DNA from: Methanomassiliicoccaceae archaeon
GTDB taxonomy: Archaea; Thermoplasmatota; Thermoplasmata; Methanomassiliicoccales; UBA472
Assembly: GCA_963751645.1 (NCBI GenBank)
Contig: CAVVVD010000007.1
Span: 327,841 to 391,840 of the forward strand
Direction: 5' to 3'
Length of the DNA: 64,000 bases
Shown here: positions 53,317 to 62,650 of the stretch, piece by piece
Layout of the letters: each line of letters begins with the position of its first letter
How positions within the stretch are numbered: the first letter of the stretch is position 1
Notes under the pieces: generated by a model
Database searches by the model: none
The model's input: only the letters and a program-made list of their open reading frames with translations
What the model was told of the DNA's origin: nothing
Program-made: the position numbers and the translations under genes

Positions 53317-53796
53317 ATGTTGAAGTTCATTGAAGAAATAAAAAAAGAACCACTTGTATTAGCTCATCATCCCCTATGTGGAAAATTCGATGACCATTTC
53401 TTCATAATCAGGAATAAGAAGGTATGTCGGGGATGCCTAGTTGTTTACCCAACTGCTTTGGTCACGTTGATGATACTCTACATTTTGGGGGTCGATGAAT
53501 TCAAACCTCTAATCCTTGGTGCCATCTTTCTATTCTTAATAAATTTAACAAGATTGGTCATTCCCAGAACCCCCCAAACGAACATCGTCTTCAACGTGAT
53601 CTTAGGAATCACGCTAGCCCTGACGATAATGTCGGTCATTTATTGTCCAGAGGAGCTAAGGATAAGCGTTTATCCTTTAATTATTATAATAAGTGTAATA
53701 TTTATTTATAGCAAAGGCTTGAAGGTTCACTATACCTGCAAGCAATGCAGTAACAATGAAAACCGACCGAATTGTTTTTTGGGACCACAAAAGTAG
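53317..53796 (+). CDS. Cys/His-rich membrane protein (DUF2085-like)
   Basis: HHP.C...H...CRGC, four TM segments, C-terminal CKQC...C. Confidence 0.65.
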   Translation: MLKFIEEIKKEPLVLAHHPLCGKFDDHFFIIRNKKVCRGCLVVYPTALVTLMILYILGVDEFKPLILGAIFLFLINLTRLVIPRTPQTNIVFNVILGITLALTIMSVIYCPEELRISVYPLIIIISVIFIYSKGLKVHYTCKQCSNNENRPNCFLGPQK

Positions 53797-53885
53797 GCCA
53801 GGTATTTTATCTGTTTAGAAATGAACCCAATAATATAATATATGAATAAAGTGAATCAAATAATACCTAGTTTGGGGGGATTAAA

Positions 53886-54110
53886 ATCGGAAAGAAGAAG
53901 TTTCAAGGAAGCCTAGCCATTCTGATAATATTGATAATTTGCTGCTGGCCTGCAGCAATAATATATTATTTCATGAAGCGGGATGAAGCTGTCGAGGAAA
54001 CCAGGACATGCATGAACTGTGGTGCCAATATTCCAGTCACCTACAATGTGTGTCCCCACTGTGGGAAGTCTCCATACGCAGCACAGAATCCACCACCGCC
54101 ACCTCAATGA
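53886..54110 (+). CDS. Small TM + zinc-ribbon protein with no canonical start codon; absent from ORF track
   Basis: Reads (ATC)GKKKFQGSLAILIILIICCWPAAIIYYFMKRDEAVEETRTCMNCGANIPVTYNVCPHCGKSP...; collinear with 55028..55348. Confidence 0.75.
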   Translation: MGKKKFQGSLAILIILIICCWPAAIIYYFMKRDEAVEETRTCMNCGANIPVTYNVCPHCGKSPYAAQNPPPPPQ

Positions 54111-54178
54111 TGAATGATCGAGGTCCAAACGCTTTCCTTTAATTCTATATTTATTAGGCCATAGAATGGATTTCCCAC

Positions 54179-54859
54179 TTACCGAAGAGCATGTTTTATG
54201 ATTTCCATCATGGCGTTTACATCGATGGCTGTACCACAATACATGCAATTTCTTATCTTTGAATTGTTGACATCGTCAATCTGGAGTGAAGCACCGCAAC
54301 CACCACATTTGTATTGAAGTCCTAGACCTCCTTTTTTAACAGTCTCTATCAATTGATTAACATCAACATTGACATTCTTGACCGTTCTACTCATCTTCCT
54401 AGTATCTCCAGCCTCTTTCCACATGCCCAAGGTCTCGTAGTTTAGGGCAGCATCTTCAAATCGACCAGATAGAATCAATCTTTCGATCAACTCAAGACGT
54501 AGACGACGTTCCTCATTAAGAACTGTTTTTGTGTTTGAATACGGGAATTTTCCTTTTATTTGGATCAGTTGAGCCAGTGCATTCTTAAAATCCCCGTTTG
54601 CTTCATATTTCTGAACAATCAATAAATCATCCAAATTGATATTTGATAAACCAGTGCCAGTTTCATTATAAAATTCAGTGTAGATCTTGCGGATGTATGA
54701 ATTATTCATATGATTATCAAAGGTATTTTTATTATATCTCAATAATATTATAGTCTGGGCACATTTTCCACAATACCCGTTAACCGATGGGCCTAATTTC
54801 TCTGTTTCTTTTGGATTATAACGTTGACTACATTTACAACATTTTTGATTAAACAACAT
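54179..54859 (-). CDS. Hypothetical AT-rich protein with N- and C-terminal CxxC pairs
   Basis: CCKC/CGKC; helical middle; CGGCGA...CMYCG. Confidence 0.7.
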   Translation of the reverse strand: MLFNQKCCKCSQRYNPKETEKLGPSVNGYCGKCAQTIILLRYNKNTFDNHMNNSYIRKIYTEFYNETGTGLSNINLDDLLIVQKYEANGDFKNALAQLIQIKGKFPYSNTKTVLNEERRLRLELIERLILSGRFEDAALNYETLGMWKEAGDTRKMSRTVKNVNVDVNQLIETVKKGGLGLQYKCGGCGASLQIDDVNNSKIRNCMYCGTAIDVNAMMEIIKHALR

Positions 54860-55027
54860 GAATGCCAGGTGAATGGGATGTACAAATAAAATGATTGTTC
54901 TAAAAAGTAATATAAATTAAAATGATGGATTCTGGCTTTTCAACTCATAAATTAATGAATACAAATTTATATTGTTTTCAAGAATACAAAAGAAGGATTA
55001 GCTCAACTCAGGAAAAGAGGATTGTAC

Positions 55028-55348
55028 ATGGCGAAGAAAGAGTTTGATGGAAGTTGGTTAATATTGATAATTCTGATCATTTTCTGTTGGCCAGCGGCGT
55101 TGATTTACTTCCTTATTCATTGGGACGAGTCCGGATTTCAGGAGACCAGAACATGCTTGAATTGCGGTGCCAACATCCCCGTTCAATATTCCACATGTCC
55201 ATATTGTGGAAAATCGCCCATGTACAGATATCAGCAAGGCGCAAAAAGTCTACCCGATATCAATGAAGTAAGGTTCTGTAAGAACTGTGGGAGCGGAGTG
55301 ACCGTTGACCAGGATTTTTGCAATAACTGTGGTACAAAATTGAAATGA
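55028..55348 (+). CDS. TM + double zinc-ribbon protein
   Basis: IIFCWPAALIYF; CLNCG...CPYCG; CKNCG...CNNCG. Confidence 0.8.
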   Translation: MAKKEFDGSWLILIILIIFCWPAALIYFLIHWDESGFQETRTCLNCGANIPVQYSTCPYCGKSPMYRYQQGAKSLPDINEVRFCKNCGSGVTVDQDFCNNCGTKLK

Positions 55349-55357
55349 AAAAGGTTT

Positions 55358-56245
55358 TTAAATGATTTTCATTTTCCCAAGCACAGGCTCATAGACCAAT
55401 CCCTTATCTAACAATGAGTTGGTGATCTCATCCAGCTCGTCCCTCTCGATGCCCGCCTTGCCCGCCTCGGAAACGATCTCATCCCAGACCGCTCCCTTTC
55501 CGGTGCGGTCCATCCTTTGCACGATCCCGAGGACCACCTGCTCCTTGTCCACAGACGCCGTTTCCTCCTCGTCCTCTATCTCCTCCGGAATATCCGAAAT
55601 ATGCTCGGGCATTTCCGGTCCAGCCATCTCAGGCAACAAGAACTTCAGGGAATCGGTGACCATGTTGCGATAGCGTTGCGTCTCTACCTCACCATAGTGG
55701 TCCAGGGCTTTCACTACCCCATTTGCCAATGAGGCATTGTAACCAAGTTTGATCAGCTGTTCAGCGTTGGGCGGTGACATCTCCAAGGCCTCCTCCACCG
55801 CATTTATGCGGCGCATGGTCGCCTGACATGTCTCCAATACCCAGAAGTCTCGGGTGGCTATGTCGACCACCTGCACCTTCTCCGGGCGTATGGACACATA
55901 CATCGTGCCCTCCTCCGGTGAGTAGGTGCGATACTTGCCGACCACTGCCACGAACTTGGGGGGTTGGATCTTGGATAAGGCCGCGGTAGCTTCGGGTTGG
56001 TATTGCCCGGAGGACAGGTAGAACGTTCCGGTGGGGTCCTGTATCCTGGCCCTCCATAATGGTTCCTCCTCTGAGCCGATGTTGTCGATGTCCGTCAGCA
56101 CCCCGACCACAAGGACCCGATTGATGAACGCGCCCAATGGTGTGATCAGATGGGACGGCGCCTTATCTCCCTCGCCCTTGATCTCCATTCGCGAGGAGTT
56201 GAACTCCGCTGCGAAGACCCTCCAGGCCAGCTCCCTTCCTATCAT
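55358..56245 (-). CDS. RPA-associated OB-fold protein with C-terminal winged helix
   Basis: RE.AWRVFAAE, TPLGA..NRV..VG.L, DPTG.F, YQPEA, SIRPE, G..YEP. Confidence 0.85.
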   Translation of the reverse strand: MIGRELAWRVFAAEFNSSRMEIKGEGDKAPSHLITPLGAFINRVLVVGVLTDIDNIGSEEEPLWRARIQDPTGTFYLSSGQYQPEATAALSKIQPPKFVAVVGKYRTYSPEEGTMYVSIRPEKVQVVDIATRDFWVLETCQATMRRINAVEEALEMSPPNAEQLIKLGYNASLANGVVKALDHYGEVETQRYRNMVTDSLKFLLPEMAGPEMPEHISDIPEEIEDEEETASVDKEQVVLGIVQRMDRTGKGAVWDEIVSEAGKAGIERDELDEITNSLLDKGLVYEPVLGKMKII

Positions 56246-57576
56246 TGGAATCCCTCCACGTTGGCCAAGATCTCGGCGGCCTTAGCCTGTACATCCATGC
56301 GGACCGAAGAGGCATCGACGACGATCATCATCAGACCGTACTCATCGCTGAGGACGTTTCCACGCAGCTCTAACGGCCTGGCCAGGAGCTTCTCCTCCAC
56401 GATCTCCCTGATGACCTCGGTGTTCATGGCCTCCTTCGCCTGACGGACGCATTCCTCTAAGTTCATGCCGATCAGCGTCTCCGTGACCGGTCTGTTCATC
56501 ACCGCTGTGAGGGAGGCGTTACCATCATCCAGAACCGCCTTGACGCGTAAATCAGGGAAACCATCGACCTTTCCGTGCAGACGGCAAGCCCCCTTTTGGA
56601 CGACGCGCTTGCACTGGGGGCAACGTCTAATCAGGCCAGACCCCTCCTTGATGTCCACGATGGTCCCGATGATCAGGGCATCGGTCGCGCCACCCACCCG
56701 CTCCACGTCCTCGATGGTACGGGGCTTGGGTCTGGACGAGACCACATCGGGCATGCTCGACTCCGGAAGACGGACCACCAAGGCACGTTCGCCGAAGTTC
56801 AACTTTGGGACGCCCTTCCATCCCTTGACATAGGCCTTGGAGACCTTCACCACCTCATTGGGCTTGAGCTCGAAGTCATGCCACGCGGAGAACTGCACCT
56901 TACCAGAGTCATCGGCCATCATGCCTTGGTACACGACCTTGGCAGAATCACCTTGACCGACCTCCTTCCTCTCCACGGTCAAGATCCGGGCGGAGACGAT
57001 GACGTTGTTCATCCCATCGGCCAACTGTGCCACCTTGACGGTCTCCCCCGCCCCATAGGATATCGGGGGGCTCGAGGAGACATCCGCCACCACGGCATCC
57101 TGGGGCAGGACCTCCACGTTCGCCCTGTTGCCCAGATTCAGGTCCACGCGGCCATTGTACTCCTTGGTATAGGCGTTGCGGACCAAGACCACCTCCCCCG
57201 GTCTGAGCGTGATGCGCTGGGGGTCCCATAGGCTATAGTTTATGGTCCCCGTCTCGTCGGCCATAAGTCCATAGACCAGGGACCGGGGCTTGCCATCGAC
57301 CTCGATGTCCTTGGGATTGGCGGTGATCACTTTCACGGCCAGGTCGACGCTCTGTTCGCCTCCTTTGATGTCAGCGACCTTGCGGCGGTTTCCCTTGCTC
57401 AGGCCGTTCGGGTCCCCTCCGAAGTTCTTCACGACACTGCGTTTCGCCGTCTCCAACGAAACGCGGTATACGTTGAGGTAGTTCTCCAGCTCCTCCTCGA
57501 TCCTAGACTCGTCCACTTTGTTTCCGAGCACCCGGGCTATCTCCTTCACATGGGGTGCGAGCTCTTCCTTGTTCAT
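56242..57576 (-). CDS. rpa: Replication protein A (multi-OB fold, Zn finger)
   Basis: ADETG, ADDSG OB motifs; GSGLIRRCPQC.R...C..HG; DLRVKAVLDDG. Confidence 0.88.
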   Translation of the reverse strand: MNKEELAPHVKEIARVLGNKVDESRIEEELENYLNVYRVSLETAKRSVVKNFGGDPNGLSKGNRRKVADIKGGEQSVDLAVKVITANPKDIEVDGKPRSLVYGLMADETGTINYSLWDPQRITLRPGEVVLVRNAYTKEYNGRVDLNLGNRANVEVLPQDAVVADVSSSPPISYGAGETVKVAQLADGMNNVIVSARILTVERKEVGQGDSAKVVYQGMMADDSGKVQFSAWHDFELKPNEVVKVSKAYVKGWKGVPKLNFGERALVVRLPESSMPDVVSSRPKPRTIEDVERVGGATDALIIGTIVDIKEGSGLIRRCPQCKRVVQKGACRLHGKVDGFPDLRVKAVLDDGNASLTAVMNRPVTETLIGMNLEECVRQAKEAMNTEVIREIVEEKLLARPLELRGNVLSDEYGLMMIVVDASSVRMDVQAKAAEILANVEGFQ

Positions 57577-57661
57577 GACATACCTCCTGCTCAAGTAGCA
57601 GAATCGATGCCATATCAGGATATTGCTTAAATGCATTATTCAGGGGGATGGCGAAAGTGTA

Positions 57662-57681
57662 CCTCCGCTCGAACGCGGAGG
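57662..57681. repeat. Inverted repeat (hairpin) between the 57704 ORF and rpa
   Basis: CCTCCGC-TCGAAC-GCGGAGG. Confidence 0.5.
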
Positions 57682-57703
57682 ATAAAAAAGAACGGGACGA
57701 GGC

Positions 57704-58321
57704 TCACTCGGTGAAGGTCTCTCCCTTCTCGTAGTTCTCCTTCAAGTGGGTGATGAGTATGTCCCGGTTGTTCCTCAGGTGCGACTCATACCAGGAAAGG
57801 ACCACATCTCGCAACACCTCATGCATCTGGTCCTCGTCATAGTTGTTCAACGCCGCATCATAGATGATGAACTGCCCGAAGATCCTCTTCCAGCCAGCGT
57901 ACTTGTAGTAGTGCTCCCCCTCACAGTAGTCGAAGACCACACGGATGTGCGGGGTCGAATCGACGGAATAGTACCAGACCTTCAGGGAATCCCCCATGCG
58001 GCCTTGTACCTGGGAGCGGTCTATCAACTGCATGTTGGTTACCGACTCCAGGTCGAATTCGGGACGGAAGCTCCACTTGTCAGGGAAGCCATCCTTCTCG
58101 AATTGGGCGAAGGTGCTGTAGGTGGGCTCCATGGTCATTTGGACAGAGATCTTGCTGAACCGGTTCAGGATGTTCCAGAAGTCCTCGATGAGAGCCTTGT
58201 TGATCCTCGTTCTCTGCATGTGCAGCTCGTCCCGGTCGCGGGAGACTGCGAGGGTCTTCCTCTCGAGCTCAACATCAAGTTTCGCGAACCAGTCATCCTT
58301 TCCTGCCTTGTCTGGAGCCAA
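57704..58321 (-). CDS. Hypothetical protein
   Basis: Long ORF with genome-typical codon use; start uncertain (TTG 58321; ORF extends to 58405). Confidence 0.7.
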   Translation of the reverse strand: MAPDKAGKDDWFAKLDVELERKTLAVSRDRDELHMQRTRINKALIEDFWNILNRFSKISVQMTMEPTYSTFAQFEKDGFPDKWSFRPEFDLESVTNMQLIDRSQVQGRMGDSLKVWYYSVDSTPHIRVVFDYCEGEHYYKYAGWKRIFGQFIIYDAALNNYDEDQMHEVLRDVVLSWYESHLRNNRDILITHLKENYEKGETFTE

Positions 58322-58453
58322 TATTATCCCCGAGGCGGATAATACCCATATGAACATAAATAGATATCCCACCCTGGCGCCAATAAAAAGCGATGATGCT
58401 GGCACCGGGCGCAGTATGAAGTCATCGGGCGATTATACGGCCGTGGGGGTGAA

Positions 58454-58969
58454 ATGGACCTTATCGCGCAGCTATTGGACATCCTGCAGGAGGTGGCCAG
58501 TGACCCCGTCCAATATTTGATAGTGGTGTTCGTATACTCCATCGCCACCGCGGTCTTCCTCCCGTTCCCGGTGGAGGCAGCGCTGTTCCTGAGCGAGTCC
58601 GTGCCCTTCTGGTCCATCGCCCTGGTCCTATCCTTGGGAAAGACCGTCGGTGGGTTCGTCGTGTACTCGATAGGTGGCAAGTTGGAGGAGCCGATAAGGA
58701 CCTCGGCGCAGAGGTGGAGGATATGGGCCGCCTTCGTCGGCGCTTGCGAGAGGTTCGTTCTGAGGTTCGGCTATTTGGGCTTCTATGCCCTGCTCAGCAT
58801 CCCTATCATGCCGGACACGCTTACCCTCTATCTCTTCTCCCTCTTCAACAAGGAGGGCAAGGCGATGGACCGGAGTCATTATCTGATGATCAACTTCCTC
58901 GGGTCCTTGACGCGTTGCGCCATCGTTTACGTCGCCGCTGACATACTGAGGCCGATCCTGGGCATCTGA
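58454..58969 (+). CDS. DedA/VTT-like membrane protein
   Basis: A.FLP.PVE, LGK.VG...VY.IG, FGY.G...LLSIP.MPD. Confidence 0.75.
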   Translation: MDLIAQLLDILQEVASDPVQYLIVVFVYSIATAVFLPFPVEAALFLSESVPFWSIALVLSLGKTVGGFVVYSIGGKLEEPIRTSAQRWRIWAAFVGACERFVLRFGYLGFYALLSIPIMPDTLTLYLFSLFNKEGKAMDRSHYLMINFLGSLTRCAIVYVAADILRPILGI

Positions 58970-59063
58970 TCAATGGGTCGTCCCCAATGGTATCATCGCC
59001 CCATTACCGTACCGACCACCCACTTCCGAGCCTATATAAATTAGGAGCCTTATGACCGGCCAC

Positions 59064-59591
59064 ATGGGTCTCATAGACGACATGGTCAGTTATCTGGAGA
59101 GCGTCGCCCATGACCCCATACTCTACCTGTTCCTTCTGTTCCTATATTCCATCGCGGCCGCCGTCTTCCTGCCCATCCCGGTGGAGTTCGCCCTGTTCCT
59201 GAGTCCTCAAACACCTTTCGCTGCGAAGGCTCTGGTCCTCGCATTGGGGAAGGCTGTCGGGAGCATCCTGGTCTTCTATATCGGTTTCAATGTCGAGGCC
59301 CCCATCCGTCGTTGGTCCGATAAATGGAGCTTCTTCCGGGCCTTCGTACACTTCTGCGAATGGTTCGTCATCAAGTTGGGATACGTGGGCCTCTACCTGC
59401 TTCTCAGCGTCCCCTTCATGAGCGACACCGTGGTGCTCTATGTCTTCGCGGTGTTCAACAAGGAGGGCAAGGTGCTGAACATGAAGATGTTCGCACTGGT
59501 CAACTTCCTAGGAGCGATCACCCGATGCGTCATAGTGTTCTTCGCCGCTGACTATCTGGCAGGCTATTTTGGATACGACGTCACTTTATGA
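59064..59591 (+). CDS. DedA/VTT-like membrane protein, tandem paralog
   Basis: Same motifs as the previous gene, including FNKEGK. Confidence 0.75.
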   Translation: MGLIDDMVSYLESVAHDPILYLFLLFLYSIAAAVFLPIPVEFALFLSPQTPFAAKALVLALGKAVGSILVFYIGFNVEAPIRRWSDKWSFFRAFVHFCEWFVIKLGYVGLYLLLSVPFMSDTVVLYVFAVFNKEGKVLNMKMFALVNFLGAITRCVIVFFAADYLAGYFGYDVTL

Positions 59592-59670
59592 GGGGTGAGG
59601 ACCCGACCTCATTATCTTGATTTTGCAGATGGTTGCAAAAATTTATTAGGGCTATACAAATTCCAAGTTA

Positions 59671-60741
59671 ATGGTCCCGAAGAAAAAGATCTCGAAGATC
59701 ATGGCGGAATATGACAAGGAAAAGCTGACCATCGCTACCTTGTGCTCGCACTCCTCCTTGCAGATATTCCATGGAGCCAAGCAGGAGGGATTCCGCACCT
59801 TGGGGCTGGCGGTCAGGCCTAACAACAAGCATTATGACGCGTTCCCGCTGGCCAAGCCCGACGAGATCGTCAAGCTGCAATCCTACACGGACCTCATCGA
59901 TATGGCCGACGATTTCTTGGCCAGGAACGTCATTATTGTTCCTCACGGTTCCTTCGTCGAGTACATGGGGACCAACAAGTTCGAGGACATGCCCATCCCC
60001 ACCTTCGGGAACCGCCGCGTGCTGGGATGGGAGTCCGACCGCAACAAGATGAGGGAGTGGCTCGAGTCCGGGGGCATCGACATGCCTCGGGTCATCGACG
60101 ACCCCAAGTCCATCGACCGGCCCGTGCTGGTGAAGTACCATGGCGCCAAGGGAGGCAGGGGCTTCTTCATCGCCAAGGACTACATGGACTTCAAGATGGG
60201 GATCGACATGGAGCAGCCCTTCACCATCCAAGAGTACGTACTTGGCACCCGTTACTATCTTCATTACTTCTACTCGCCCATCAAGCAGGATGGTTACCGT
60301 GTCTCCGACGGGTGTCTGGAGCTGATGTCCATGGACCGCCGTGACGAGAGCAACATCGATGAGATGTACAAGCTTGGGGCGGCGGAGGAGCTTAAGAAGC
60401 TAGGTCATTTCCCGACCTTCGTCGTCACAGGCAACATCCCGGTGGTCATCCGGGAGAGCCTGCTACCCAAGGTGTTCGAGATGGGCGAGAAGGTGGTGGA
60501 ACGGTCGGAACAGCTCTTTGGCGGGATGATCGGTCCCTTCTGCCTGGAGTGCATAGTCACCGATAAGCTGGAGTTCAAGGTCTTCGAGATATCCTCCAGG
60601 ATCGTCGCAGGTTCAAATCCCTTCATATCCGGCTCGCCCTATTCCGACCTGGTTGAGCCTGGGATGAGCACTGGGAGACGCATCTCGCGCGAGATCAAGA
60701 TGTCACGGGACAATGACCAAATGGACGTGGTGATTTCATGA
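59671..60741 (+). CDS. purP: Formate-dependent AICAR ligase (FAICAR synthetase)
   Basis: SHSSLQIFHGAK.EGF, PHGSFVEY, GAKGGRGFF, DRR.ESNID, RESLL, FEISSRIVAG. Confidence 0.92.
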   Translation: MVPKKKISKIMAEYDKEKLTIATLCSHSSLQIFHGAKQEGFRTLGLAVRPNNKHYDAFPLAKPDEIVKLQSYTDLIDMADDFLARNVIIVPHGSFVEYMGTNKFEDMPIPTFGNRRVLGWESDRNKMREWLESGGIDMPRVIDDPKSIDRPVLVKYHGAKGGRGFFIAKDYMDFKMGIDMEQPFTIQEYVLGTRYYLHYFYSPIKQDGYRVSDGCLELMSMDRRDESNIDEMYKLGAAEELKKLGHFPTFVVTGNIPVVIRESLLPKVFEMGEKVVERSEQLFGGMIGPFCLECIVTDKLEFKVFEISSRIVAGSNPFISGSPYSDLVEPGMSTGRRISREIKMSRDNDQMDVVIS

Positions 60742-61397
60742 GGGCAACGCTGGCAATCGTCGATACCGAACTCGAGGTGTTACCTAAGGAACAGGCCCAT
60801 GGGGCAAAGCTGAGAGCGAGCTCCGATGCCCTCTTCGGTAAGCGAGACGTTATCCTGGACCATGTTCTCCATGCCGATATCGTGCGCGGCATGAGCGATG
60901 GAAATCGCAGGGGGAGACCCGACATATTACATCACGCTCTCAGCCTGGCCATCAGCTCCATCCCTTACCGTCTCGGGTACATCGATGTGGTCGTTCATAC
61001 GCGCAACAACGAGGCCATATCCTTCGAGCCCAAGGCTCAGATACCTCAGAATTACTTCGAGTTCCTTCGTCTGCTGGGGGACCTCTATTCCAATGGCCAG
61101 GTCGATTGTAAGGACAGGAAGTGGACGATCGAGCCAAACCGCGACCTGGCGCATATCATCGCCAAGAGCCGGGCCGATGTTCGGGTGCTCATGTGCCAGG
61201 ATGGGGAGGTCAAAGGCCTCGGCAAGCTCTTGAAGGGTTTCGATGACAAGAACGCCATCATCATGTTCGGAGGATTCTCTGAGGGCGATTTCAGGAGCCC
61301 CGTGAAAGAACTGGCCGACATCAGCGTTTCGCTCGGACCGGATCTGCTCAATATCAACGCCGTCACGGGAGAGATCCTTCGCTCTTTGCCATATTAG
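60738..61397 (+). CDS. nep1: Nep1/EMG1 rRNA pseudouridine methyltransferase
   Basis: ILD...H, RRGRPDILH, VHTRN, P.NY..F, GGFSEGDF. Confidence 0.82.
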   Translation: MRATLAIVDTELEVLPKEQAHGAKLRASSDALFGKRDVILDHVLHADIVRGMSDGNRRGRPDILHHALSLAISSIPYRLGYIDVVVHTRNNEAISFEPKAQIPQNYFEFLRLLGDLYSNGQVDCKDRKWTIEPNRDLAHIIAKSRADVRVLMCQDGEVKGLGKLLKGFDDKNAIIMFGGFSEGDFRSPVKELADISVSLGPDLLNINAVTGEILRSLPY

Positions 61398-61529
61398 GAA
61401 GGGAAGGTCGCTTAAAACGACGTCCAACACCAATCTCGGCATCGTCACCTAGGTCAGGGTAGGTCCTCGATGGCCCTTCTTTTGACCTTAAGGACATATA
61501 TAGGGTGGTCCCAGGAGATTACCCATATC

Positions 61530-61557
61530 AAAAATTAAAAAGGGCTGATGATCAGCC
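61530..61557 (-). terminator. Hairpin + T-run after pdxS
   Basis: Minus strand GGCTGA-TCA-TCAGCC then CTTTTTAATTTTT. Confidence 0.55.
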
Positions 61558-61560
61558 GGT

Positions 61561-62469
61561 TTACCAGCCACGTTCCTGCATGCGCTGCTGTTCTGGTATG
61601 GTGGAGATCTCGATGCCATGCATCGCCTCACCTAGACCCTTGGAGACTTCTGCTATCACCTTAGGGTCGTCGAAGTTGGTTACAGCGTCAACGATGGCCT
61701 TCGCCCTGGTCTTCGGGTCGCTCGATTTGAAGATACCAGAACCTACGAATACACCGTCGGACCCAAGCTGCATCATCAAGGCGGCATCGGCGGGAGTGGC
61801 GATCCCACCTGCGGCGAAGTTGATCACCGGCAGACGCTGCAATCTTGCCACCTCCTCCACCAGGTACACGGGTGCCTCGATCTTGCGCGCTAGCATGACC
61901 AGCTCCTCATGTTCCTTGCCCTTTAGATCTCGCACCATACCCATTATGACGCGTTGGTGCTTGACCGCCTCGACAACGTTTCCCGTTCCTGGCTCGCCCT
62001 TGGTGCGGATCATCGCGGCACCCTCGTCGATGCGGCGCAGGGCCTCGCCCAGGTCACGCGCTCCGCAAACGAACGGCACAGTGAACTTCTTCTTGTTGAC
62101 ATGGTAGAACGGGTCGGCCGGCGTGAGGACCTCGGACTCATCGATCATGTCCACGCCCAATGTTTCTAGGACCTGGGCCTCCACGAAATGGCCGATGCGG
62201 CATTTGGCCATTACTGGGATGGTCACCGAGTCGATGATCTCCTCGATCTTCAGGGGATCGGCCATCCTGGCCACGCCACCTTGGGCCCGAATGTCCGCTG
62301 GTACGCGCTCCAAGGCCATCACCGCGACGGCTCCGGCCTCCTCTGCGATGACAGCCTGTTCGGCGTTGGTGACGTCCATGACCACTCCTCCCTGTTGCAT
62401 CTTCGCAAAACCTCTTTTCACGAGGTCGCTGCCATGGCGCAGTTTGGTCAGGTCCAATTCAAATACCAT
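61561..62469 (-). CDS. pdxS: Pyridoxal 5'-phosphate synthase lyase subunit
   Basis: [53 protein letters not shown]. Confidence 0.95.
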   Translation of the reverse strand: MVFELDLTKLRHGSDLVKRGFAKMQQGGVVMDVTNAEQAVIAEEAGAVAVMALERVPADIRAQGGVARMADPLKIEEIIDSVTIPVMAKCRIGHFVEAQVLETLGVDMIDESEVLTPADPFYHVNKKKFTVPFVCGARDLGEALRRIDEGAAMIRTKGEPGTGNVVEAVKHQRVIMGMVRDLKGKEHEELVMLARKIEAPVYLVEEVARLQRLPVINFAAGGIATPADAALMMQLGSDGVFVGSGIFKSSDPKTRAKAIVDAVTNFDDPKVIAEVSKGLGEAMHGIEISTIPEQQRMQERGW

Positions 62470-62650
62470 ATACTCACCAGACCGGCTTAGCAGGGCACTC
62501 TTATAAAATTATTTCCTTCGTAATGGACATTTAAAGGTAAGGATGCATTATTTTATACATTTCAGGAAAAACATTTGCTTAAGGAACATCGGGTCTAGAG
62601 GTCGTTAGGTCAGAAAGGCATAAAGAGACCATGAGCATTAATCCGCCCCA

